Shown piece by piece: positions 29,150 through 38,500 of a DNA stretch of 64,000 nt. Below the pieces are notes generated by a model, which was given only the letters and a program-made list of their open reading frames with translations, was not told where the DNA came from and made no database searches. The translations under genes were made by a program, and so were the position numbers. Within the stretch, counting starts at the first letter, position 1. Each line of letters starts with the position of its first letter. Source of the DNA: an uncultured candidatus Porisulfidus sp. Its GTDB lineage: Bacteria; Pseudomonadota; Gammaproteobacteria; Poriferisulfidales; Oxydemutatoraceae. The DNA is taken from positions 1,696,001 through 1,760,000 of the forward strand of contig OZ244052.1 of assembly GCA_965215125.1 (NCBI GenBank), written 5' to 3'.

Positions 29150-30366
29150 TGCAAACCCATAGAACAATTAGATACCATTTATATCCGGCGACACAGAAAA
29201 AACACCGGCAATTATATGGCACAGCAGGCGCATGCCGCTATGTCTGGAATCACTTTGTAGCCAAGCTGAAGGACGAATACGAGTATTACGGCGAAAGCCG
29301 GTTTAAATTCTTCACCCTAGGCAAGCAATTTACGACATTAAGAAAGTATTGCGACCAGTGGTTGCAAGGTTATTCCGCTTATATCGTCAAATCGTCATTA
29401 CAACCGATAGAGATAGCATACAAAGGATTTTTCAAGGGCAACAACGGATTGCCGAAGTTTCAGGGGAAATATAGGCATAGCCCGTCATTCCCGATCAATT
29501 ATCAATCGGCAAAGATATCAGCTTCTCACTTGTATATACAGAAGCTAGGCTGGATGAAGTTTGCCGGTGGCGATAGGTATAAAGGTGAGAAGTTTGTATC
29601 CGGTCAAGTCAAGTATGAATGTGGTAAATGGTATGCATATATCATCTATGAAGTGGAAGTGCCAAGCAGGTCGCATCCAGCGGTAGCAGTAGGACTAGAT
29701 AGGAATTGTGGTCAGGTCGCATTGTCGGACGGAACGATGTATCACCTGCCCGACTTAAAGCGTAAGGAGGCAAGGCGTAGGCGTTATCAGCGAATGGTTG
29801 CTAGACAGGTGAAGGGGAGCAACAGGCGCAAACTAGCAAAACATAGGCTACGGAAAGCGTATCAAGCGGAGCGGTTTGCGAGGGCGAATTGGTGTCATCA
29901 AACCAGCCGGTTAATAGCAGACCAATACGACATTGTGTATATGGAAGGATTGAATACAGCCGGCATGACGAAGTCGGCGAAAGGGACGATAGACAACCCG
30001 GGTAAGAATGTGAGGGCAAAGTCAGGTTTGAACAGGGAGATACTAAAGAGTGGCTGGTATAAACTGGAGCAATGCTTAAGCTACAAGGCCTGTATAGAAA
30101 AGGTCAATCCGGCCTATACGAGTCAAACCTGTAATCAATGCGGAAGCGTAAATAAAGTAAACCGTAAGACCCGATCAATTTTCAAGTGTCGGCATTGCGG
30201 ACACGAGGACAATGCGGATGTAAATGCTGCATTAAACATTTTGGCGGCTGGGAGTGCTGCAACCGGATGTGGAGACGGCGACAGTGGCAACACAAGTCGG
30301 TCAATGAAGCGTCAAAAAGATAGGGTGGCAAGGCAGGCTAAAAAGTCTGTCAAGTTACCTATATAA
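29149..30366 (+). CDS. tnpB: RNA-guided endonuclease TnpB (IS605 OrfB-like)
   Basis: N-terminal RYHLYP...GACRYVWN helical domain; RuvC-I AVGLDRN, RuvC-II MEGLN...SAKGT..NPGKNV.AKSGLNR.IL, zinc finger TSQTCNQC...CRHCG, RuvC-III NADVNAALNI. Confidence 0.93.
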   Translation: MQTHRTIRYHLYPATQKKHRQLYGTAGACRYVWNHFVAKLKDEYEYYGESRFKFFTLGKQFTTLRKYCDQWLQGYSAYIVKSSLQPIEIAYKGFFKGNNGLPKFQGKYRHSPSFPINYQSAKISASHLYIQKLGWMKFAGGDRYKGEKFVSGQVKYECGKWYAYIIYEVEVPSRSHPAVAVGLDRNCGQVALSDGTMYHLPDLKRKEARRRRYQRMVARQVKGSNRRKLAKHRLRKAYQAERFARANWCHQTSRLIADQYDIVYMEGLNTAGMTKSAKGTIDNPGKNVRAKSGLNREILKSGWYKLEQCLSYKACIEKVNPAYTSQTCNQCGSVNKVNRKTRSIFKCRHCGHEDNADVNAALNILAAGSAATGCGDGDSGNTSRSMKRQKDRVARQAKKSVKLPI

Positions 30367-30464
30367 TTCCCAAAGTATATATAATGGATTGAAACTATTG
30401 ATGACCAGATTGTTAAATAGTAAAAATATTTTCCATTTCAGCGATTGTAGCCTGCAAAAAAAGA

Positions 30465-33400
30465 ATGGATATAGGTTTTAATAAATATTACTTTATATTA
30501 TATCTAGGGTTACTTATTGCTCTACCGATACTTGCACAGGATCTTTCTCCCGAGTTGATCTGTGCAGACGAACTTGATAACGACCCCGCTAACGACGATA
30601 TAGACGACGATGATGACGGTTTAATAGAACTGTGTTATTTAGAAGATGTCAATGCGATACGCGAAGATGTCTCAGGCACTAGCTTGAAGCGGGGAGCTTC
30701 AATACTTACCGCAGGTTGCCCTACCAACGGTTGCGTAGGTTATGAATTAGTAAGAGATTTGGATTTTGCGACCACCCGAAGTTATGTGAACGCGATAGCA
30801 AACAAAAAAGTATGGACGGTGCAGAACTTTGACGACACTGACGATTTTGGTTGGTTGCCCATAGGGGATGCAGACAATCCTTTTAATACCGTCTTTGAAG
30901 GCGGCGGCCATACGATTTTCGGTTTAGAAATGAATCGAGAAGTAGAATATAGCGGTTTATTCGGTGTAAGCAATGTGAATTCAATCATAAGAAATTTCGG
31001 CGTAGTCGGCAATTTTGAAATCAGCGGCTTATCAAGTTTCTATATAGCTTGTTTGGTTGGAGAGAATAGGGGGCAAATCTTGAACAGCCATGCAACCTGC
31101 CGTATTAAATCTTCGGACAGTGATTTTGGTAATCTAGGCGGCTTAGTCGGCACCAACCAAGGTCAAATCTCCAGTAGCTATGTTCTTGGGCTAAACCCAC
31201 CGGTTGATTGTTTTGAGGGTGATGGGGTTCATCTATGCTCATCGGGTGAAGTAGGCGGCCTAGTCGCTGATAACCGAGGTCAAATCTCCAATAGCTATGC
31301 TATTGCCGATATTAGGACAGATGGCTTTTTTGGTGGCGGCTTGGTTGCCTATAATAGCGGCACGATCACCGATAGTTATGCTATTGCCGATATAGCAACT
31401 GTGCTTGAGAATAAGTCCGGTTTGGGTGGTATAGCGGGTAGTAATGAGGGCACGATTGCCAATAGTTATGTAGCCGGTTCTTCATTAGCTCTTGTCGGGT
31501 TATTCAGCTCCGGGAATACCAGTGGTTATGCAAGTATAGATACTAGTGTGCTGCAAGTACCTACCGCACCCGATGCAACCGATCCCGATCGTTATACAAA
31601 TTGGAGCACCGACAACTGGGATTTCGGCGATACAATGAGTTATCCTGCACTTCGTTATATCGCCGGCGATGCCGGCAACGCTTGTGCCTTGCTACCGCAC
31701 CCGATGCAGCCACGCTGTGGGGCTTTGTTGCCCGGTCAGCCCGGCCGCAATCGCGGTTTGAACACCTTGTTTTTCGCAAGAAACGGTTTAGAGTGGGGTG
31801 TCACCGAGATACCCGTTGCCCCGCCTTTTTCCTCTTTGCTATACGATTACGGTGTGACCATTTTGTATAGTAATACGCTTCAACTCAGACCGTATGCCGC
31901 TATCGGTACTGCGACGATTTCAATTACCAAAGTAGGGGATACCGCAAACCGTAACTATTTTAGCAATAAGCGTAGCGGCGATTTGAGTGAGGAAATCTTG
32001 TTACCCGACGAGAATGTGCCTACGACCTTGACGGTAGTGGTCATCGATGCCGACCCTACGACTTATCATTTTGTTATACGCAGAACGGTTCCCGATGAAG
32101 CAATTACGCTCGATATTACCACCCCTGATTCCGGTTCCTCAGTGCATGAAGGAGATCCTATTACTGCGCAAGTCGGTGACGGTAATAGTTTCTATTACTA
32201 TGCTTTGTTCCAAGACGAAGTTGAGCTGATGCGAGGGGAAAGCACTGCGTCCGTTTTGAGTTTTCGCATCCCCGAAGATTTGGATTTTGAAGCCGATGCA
32301 ACGACACGGAAGATTGTGTATACCGTATCGGTCGATAACGGTTCTAACAAAGTAGATAAAAATATTGAATTGATAGTTGCTAAGCGCAATAACGGCGAGC
32401 CTCAGCTGGATTTGAATATAATAGGCAGTCAATTCGGCATAAACCCTATTGTGGATGATCCGGACGGTGTCGGCAGATTTACTTATCGATGGCAGAGACG
32501 AGACGAGGGTGATAGTGATTGGATAGATGTTTCCGATAACTATAGCTATACCGCACCGGTTGACGGTCCTAATACGATACGCTATCGCGTGATTATCAAC
32601 CATGTTGACGGTCAAGAATATAGTGAAACATATAGTATAGGTCCGTTTCCTTACCTCTCGGACGCGGACAATGACCCCGACGATGACCCCGACAAATTGA
32701 TAGATATTTATTATTTGGAAGATTTGAATGCAATACGCTATGGGTTGGACGGTAGCGATTATAGTGTCAATCACCCGAGTAATATCAACGTATATAGAAA
32801 TTTTACGGGTTGTTCGGATGGTTGCATCGGCTACGAGTTGTTGAGAGACTTAGATTTTAATACCACCCAAAGCTATATAGATGCAGCCACCGCGCGAGAC
32901 CAATGGACGGTTGATGATTTTAGCAATGCTTCGGATACCGGTTGGTTAGCTATAGGGTCGGTCGACAACCCGTTTGATAGTACCTTCGACGGCAACAATT
33001 ACAAGATTTCCAATTTACAAATAAATAGGGATACGGTGAACGATGCCGATATTGCGTTGTTTGCGGCAGTTTCGGGAAATGCGAGTATAAAGCATGTTGG
33101 TTTGTCGGATGTTGCGATTGAAGGTAGAGGCGATACGAGTAGCTTGGTTGCCGAGAATAAGGGTGCCGTCGTTAATAGCTACGCATACGGACGGGTTATC
33201 GGTGGGCAGGATAACTTGGGCGGATTAGTTGCGATTAACGACCGCGATACTTCTACGACCGCAACGATTGTGAATAGCTATGCGAATGTCATAGCGACAT
33301 CTGCCGATGTGCTATCGGCAGGTGGTTTGGTCGGCAGCAACAGGAGTGTGATTAGAAATAGCTATGCGGTGGCTAATGTGAACGGTCCTTGTAATGTAGG

Positions 33401-34946
33401 TGGCTTGGTCGGTGAAAATAAAAGCAAGGCAAACGGGAGAGGACAAATCATCAATAGTTATGCCGCAGGAGATGTAGGCAGTATGGGAAATTGTATCGTC
33501 GATAGTGTGCAACACAGATTGGGTGGTTTGACGGCATACAACGAGGGATTGATAAAAAATAGTTATGCGTACGGAAGTGTCTCGGGTTATGACGGCAGTG
33601 TCGTGGGCGGTTTGGTTGCCGCATCTATGGATGTAGACGGTGCACTTCCTGCCGAAGTGGAGTCTAGTTATTGGGACAGTAATGCGAGTGAGCGGACGCG
33701 TTCTGCGGGGGGCACCTCTAAGACTACCGTCCAGTTGCAAATGCCGACTGCCGCAACCGGTATCTATGCGGATTGGAATACTGCTGATTGGGATTTCGGT
33801 ACTTCGGTGCAGTATCCGATAGTAAAATACACCTCGGCGACCGACATTTTTGCCGAGCCGGTGTGCGCTACCGACGCCGATAACGCACTGCCACCGTGCG
33901 GCACTATCGTGCCTAATCAACGTATTGGTCTGCAAAGCCTGACTTTGTCGATAGAAAGTCGTAGTACTCCGTTGATGCCGCCGTTTAACCCTGCAATCAC
34001 TAGCTATAGAATAGCGGGCATTGTAAACGCGATCAACCATACCACGATAAGTGCGACGGCACTGGAAAGCACTAGTCGGATAAGAATAAAAAGTAGTAGT
34101 CTTGAGGACGACATAGAGACAAATGCGGTTGAGCCGACTAGCGATGTGATTCCACTGGAGGAAGGTGGCACGACGACGATTACGATCATCGTGACCACCG
34201 AAGACAGTGAAATCGAACGAGCATATACCGTTGCGATAGAACGCTTACCGAGTTCGGATGCCGGTTTGGCGGAATTGGAGATAGCGGGCGAGCGCGGCAA
34301 TATAAAATTAACCCCTGAATTTTCCACAACCGAAACCGAATATACCGGGGAGGTTCAAGGTGACGTAGAAGTTTGGATAAACACGACGGCGACGCATAGC
34401 AAAGCGACGATCCAAATCGCAAAGGTGGGAAGCCAACCTATCCCTTCGATGCGTGGTCAAGCACGCAAACGGATTGAATTAGATCGGGCAACGACGACAA
34501 CCGTTATGATAACGGTGACCGCCCAAGACCGAGTAAAAGACGAAATATATACCGTTAAGCTAAGGCGATTAAAGAGTTCCGACGCAAACTTGAGAAGTTT
34601 GGAGATCGTAGGAATCGATGGTAGAAAATTTGAGCTGACCCGCATATCGGCAATAAAATATAGTGCCGAGGTTAAAAGTGATCAGAGCATCAGCATACAT
34701 GCCGCTGCACACCCCAGAGCGATGATTGAAGTCATAAAAGATAGAAATTCGGTTGCCGGCAAAAAATTGATGCAAGGGAGAATAGAAAGCGATCCGATTG
34801 AATTAAATCAAGATACGACTACGACCATCGTAGTGCGGGTGATATCCGAAGCCGGAAATCGGCAAGACACCACCCTAGTCATATCACACATAATAGATGC
34901 CATCCGCATTCGCGTCAAAGTGTTTTTGGAAGGCATCCTGCAATAG
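30465..34946 (+). CDS. Large secreted GLUG-repeat / cadherin-like beta-sandwich surface protein
   Basis: Sec-type signal (YYFILYLGLLIALPILAQD); acidic DDDDDGLIELCYLED cap; two GLUG beta-helix modules ending W...WDFG...YP; several L..L.....L.P.F......Y beta-sandwich units. Ends IRIRVKVFLEGILQ. Confidence 0.82.
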   Translation: MDIGFNKYYFILYLGLLIALPILAQDLSPELICADELDNDPANDDIDDDDDGLIELCYLEDVNAIREDVSGTSLKRGASILTAGCPTNGCVGYELVRDLDFATTRSYVNAIANKKVWTVQNFDDTDDFGWLPIGDADNPFNTVFEGGGHTIFGLEMNREVEYSGLFGVSNVNSIIRNFGVVGNFEISGLSSFYIACLVGENRGQILNSHATCRIKSSDSDFGNLGGLVGTNQGQISSSYVLGLNPPVDCFEGDGVHLCSSGEVGGLVADNRGQISNSYAIADIRTDGFFGGGLVAYNSGTITDSYAIADIATVLENKSGLGGIAGSNEGTIANSYVAGSSLALVGLFSSGNTSGYASIDTSVLQVPTAPDATDPDRYTNWSTDNWDFGDTMSYPALRYIAGDAGNACALLPHPMQPRCGALLPGQPGRNRGLNTLFFARNGLEWGVTEIPVAPPFSSLLYDYGVTILYSNTLQLRPYAAIGTATISITKVGDTANRNYFSNKRSGDLSEEILLPDENVPTTLTVVVIDADPTTYHFVIRRTVPDEAITLDITTPDSGSSVHEGDPITAQVGDGNSFYYYALFQDEVELMRGESTASVLSFRIPEDLDFEADATTRKIVYTVSVDNGSNKVDKNIELIVAKRNNGEPQLDLNIIGSQFGINPIVDDPDGVGRFTYRWQRRDEGDSDWIDVSDNYSYTAPVDGPNTIRYRVIINHVDGQEYSETYSIGPFPYLSDADNDPDDDPDKLIDIYYLEDLNAIRYGLDGSDYSVNHPSNINVYRNFTGCSDGCIGYELLRDLDFNTTQSYIDAATARDQWTVDDFSNASDTGWLAIGSVDNPFDSTFDGNNYKISNLQINRDTVNDADIALFAAVSGNASIKHVGLSDVAIEGRGDTSSLVAENKGAVVNSYAYGRVIGGQDNLGGLVAINDRDTSTTATIVNSYANVIATSADVLSAGGLVGSNRSVIRNSYAVANVNGPCNVGGLVGENKSKANGRGQIINSYAAGDVGSMGNCIVDSVQHRLGGLTAYNEGLIKNSYAYGSVSGYDGSVVGGLVAASMDVDGALPAEVESSYWDSNASERTRSAGGTSKTTVQLQMPTAATGIYADWNTADWDFGTSVQYPIVKYTSATDIFAEPVCATDADNALPPCGTIVPNQRIGLQSLTLSIESRSTPLMPPFNPAITSYRIAGIVNAINHTTISATALESTSRIRIKSSSLEDDIETNAVEPTSDVIPLEEGGTTTITIIVTTEDSEIERAYTVAIERLPSSDAGLAELEIAGERGNIKLTPEFSTTETEYTGEVQGDVEVWINTTATHSKATIQIAKVGSQPIPSMRGQARKRIELDRATTTTVMITVTAQDRVKDEIYTVKLRRLKSSDANLRSLEIVGIDGRKFELTRISAIKYSAEVKSDQSISIHAAAHPRAMIEVIKDRNSVAGKKLMQGRIESDPIELNQDTTTTIVVRVISEAGNRQDTTLVISHIIDAIRIRVKVFLEGILQ

Positions 34947-35004
34947 CAGCTATTCACCATTAACTAAGCACCCTACGTAGTCGGGCTAGTTGTGTGTAAT
35001 CCCG

Positions 35005-35598
35005 TCATAGCGGATTGATGACGGCGATTACACCGATGACAGGGTGGTCTATATAGTATAGTTTTTCATCCGTCATAATTCTTTCTAGATGTATAGGGAT
35101 GGAAAAAGTTTGTGGTGTATCCACGAACTGAGGGGTTTCGTTGAAATTGGGATCGTATTGGAAATCTAATATCAGTTTGAAATAACGCTCAAAACTCATC
35201 CAAGCAGTACCTTTTAGTAATCCGTTTTGAGGTTCGTTTAAGATATTGATGTAGGGTGTTTGGGCGCGGTGTAAAGGCGGTTGCCGCCACCCACCGTGAT
35301 AGAGTAATTGATAGCGGCTATCCAGCCTGATTTTTTGCGCTTCGTCGGTTAATCTCAACTGACTCTCGGTGGCCGCCTGTATATCGTCGTAAACATCGGT
35401 TCGAGATAGGTCCAAGGCTGCGCGTTCTGCATGCCGTCTTGTCTGCACATGGCTTAGATCTTTGAGTTTGTCTATTGCGATATTTGCTTCTATTTGCTTG
35501 AAGACGATAATCTCTGCTTGGTATAGTTCGGCGGTGTCCTGTGCACTTGCATGGGTACAGCATATTAGAAGCGATACCGATAAAAATAGAATTTTCAT
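35005..35598 (-). CDS. CsiV-like (DUF2803) periplasmic peptidoglycan-binding protein
   Basis: Signal peptide; YQAEIIVF, YQLLYHGGWRQP and YYIDHP.IG motifs; conserved position downstream of mfd. Confidence 0.75.
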   Translation of the reverse strand: MKILFLSVSLLICCTHASAQDTAELYQAEIIVFKQIEANIAIDKLKDLSHVQTRRHAERAALDLSRTDVYDDIQAATESQLRLTDEAQKIRLDSRYQLLYHGGWRQPPLHRAQTPYINILNEPQNGLLKGTAWMSFERYFKLILDFQYDPNFNETPQFVDTPQTFSIPIHLERIMTDEKLYYIDHPVIGVIAVINPL

Positions 35599-38500
35599 CT
35601 AAGCCACCTCCTTTAGCGATAATAGTTTAATAAAATCTTTTATTTTTGATTCTCGCACGGCAACGGTTTCCATACTATCGTCGTTCTCGTTTATGATCAG
35701 TTTTTGATTGCCCATAAAGCGATATTTCTGAGGTTCTTTTTTTACCATTTCAATCAGTTTATCCAGATCAAGTTTGGGTCGTTCTTCAAAGTGTATATTC
35801 AATTCGGATTCGTCGGCTCTTAATTTTCGTATACCTATATTGTGGCATATTATTCTAATCGCTGCATTGATATATAGATTTTTCGTGTAATCCGGTAGTG
35901 CGCCGAAGCGATCTATCATTTCTACTTTGAGTTCTGCTAGGTTCTCTTCGTCGCTCGCTGCAGCGATACGACGGTAAAGCACTAGGCGTAGATTGACATC
36001 CGGAATGTAATCCGGCGGGATCAGTGCGGGTTCGCCCAGGTTGATTTCGGCTACCGTATCGAGCGGTCTATCGGGGTCGGGAAGTTGCCCCGATTTGAGC
36101 GTTTCTACGGCGCGTCGTAATAGCTTGTTATACATCGCAAAGCCGACTTTTTGTATATGTCCGCTCTGTTCCTCGCCCAACAATTCTCCCGCACCTCTTA
36201 TTTCCAAGTCGTGGCTTGCGATAGTGAAACCGATGCTTAAATCTTCCAAAGACTCTATTACCTCGAGTCGTTTTGCTGCGTCGTCGGTGATTTCCGAGCG
36301 CGTCGGAATGAGTAGATACGCGTAAGCGGCGTGGTGTGATCTCCCGACGCGTCCGCGGAGTTGGTGCAGTTGTGCCAACCCCAAGTGGTCGGCACGATTG
36401 ATAATTATCGTGTTCGCATTCGGTATGTCTATACCGCTTTCTATAATCGTCGTGCAGACGAGGATGTGATGATTGTGGTTGTAAAAATCCATCATCGTCC
36501 GTTCCAAGTCTTTTTCGTTCATCTGCCCGTGTGCCACTGCGATTTTTGCATCGGGGAGTAGCGATCTTAAAGCTTCTGCGGTATCGTCTATGGTTCGCAC
36601 TTCGTTGTGTAGGAAGAAGATTTGCCCGCCGCGGCGGAGTTCTCGATTGCAGGCTTCGCAGATTAGGGCATCGTCCCATTGTGTCACAAAGGTTTTGATC
36701 GCTCGGCGTCCGGGGGGCGGTGTTGCGATGATGGACAAAGACCTAAGCCCGCCGAGGCTCATGCCGAGCGTGCGCGGTATCGGTGTAGCAGTCAACGTTA
36801 ATACATCCGCCGATGTACGTATGGATTTTATCTGTTCCTTGTCTTTGACACCGAAGCAATGTTCTTCGTCTATTACGATGAGTCCTAAACTCTTGAAGTC
36901 GGGCGGCGTGCGTAGTAGGGTGTGCGTGCCGATGACGATATCTACATCGCCTTTTTGTATTGCGCTCAAGGTTTGTTTTTTTTGTTTATCGGCAACGAAG
37001 CGCGACAACATCTCTATACGTACCGGCCATTTTGCAAAACGCTCTCTGAATGCCTCGAAGTGCTGTATCGCAAGCAGTGTGGTCGGCACCAATACGGCAA
37101 CTTGTTTGTGGTTGTGTACTGCAACAAACGCAGCGCGTATTGCAACTTCGGTTTTGCCGAAACCCACATCACCGCAGACGATTCGGTCCATGGGTTTATC
37201 GCTGTTCATATCTTGTAGCACATCGTCTATTGCGCTTTTTTGATCGGGTGTTTCCCTATAAGGGAAGGTGGCGGCGAAAGCATGGTAGTCCGAGTGGTTT
37301 ATTTCAAAGCATATATTGGGGGAGGCGTTGCGGCGTGCTTGTATATCCAGCAGTTCGGCTGCAACATCGTGTGCCTTGATTGCCGCTTTGCGTTTTGCGG
37401 TATTCCATGCTCGACCGTTGAGATTATCCAGTTTGATATGTTGTGAAGGATTACCGGTGTAACGGCTCAGTAGATGCAGTGCGATGACCGGGACATAAAG
37501 TTTGTCTTTGTCGGCGTATTCAAGTACGCAAAACTCCGATAGATAACCACCTACTTCCATCGTCTTTATGCCTACGAAACGACCTACACCGTAGTCTTGA
37601 TGTACGGTTGCACTACCGATTTCCAAATCTCCTATGCTTTGTATCAATGCAGCAACATTACGCGCTTGCTTTGATTGTGTCCCGGTACTTGTAGGTTTGG
37701 TGACGATATCTTGATAACCGAGTAGTGCGATTTTCGGTTCCTCAAGTATAACGCTTTGATGTAGGTCGGCGCAACAAATGCAAAGTTTCGCAGAACTTTT
37801 GAGAAATGTTTGCCAATTTTCTATTACTTTAGGGTGTATACGATGGGGTGCGAGTATTTCGGAAAGTTGTTCCGAATAGCCCTGTGTGGGTGCATGGAGT
37901 AGGATGCGTCCGTTGTAAGTGCGTATAAAATCCTTCAGCTTGGCGGCGGGTGATTTCTGTTGAGGATCTAATGCAACGGGTGGTGCCAAGCGAGTCTTGA
38001 AATTACGGATACCGTGTTGCCGGGAATCTGCATGATACTTAAAGGTTTGGGTTTCGATATTGTCGAAGTGTTTTAGGCATTGCGCTAGTTCGCCGCTATT
38101 TAGGTAGAGCAGACCGGGGTTTAGCAGGGCGCGCGCTTCGGCATGGGCGAGCAATCGGTATCTCTCTTCTATATACTCCAGATGTTTTGCCGCAGTCTCA
38201 AGGACTTCTCTCGCATAGATGCAAACCGTGTCGGGACCGAGGTAATCGAACAGCGTGGCTGTTGTGTCGTGAAAAAACGGCAGGTAGTACTCTATGCCTG
38301 CCGGGATGATGCGCTCGCTGATGCTCGAATAAACGAAGCATTGATCCGGTTGTATGCTGAAGTGCGAGCGGAATTTGTATCTGAACGATTTTATGGTCTG
38401 CTTGTCTATTAAGAATTCTCGCGCCGGTAACAACATCGTAGAGTTTATTTTTTCTATCGTTTGTTGGGAGTCCGAATTAAACGATCGTAAAGTATCTATT

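Larger units (their letters stand above)
29104..30371 (+). mobile_element. TIR-bounded non-autonomous element carrying only tnpB
   Basis: Left TTTGGGAACTATATAGTTAACTTGACA (29101-29127) and right TGTCAAGTTACCTATATAATTCCCAAA (30348-30374) are inverted repeats matching at 25/27. Ends are placed at GGG...CCC by analogy with IS termini. Confidence 0.75.

Noticed and set aside
29096-30379. Perfect target-site duplication around the tnpB element
   Set aside because: The flanking 8-mers AAAGGTTT and AAAGTATA match at only 5/8, so a TSD is not claimed.
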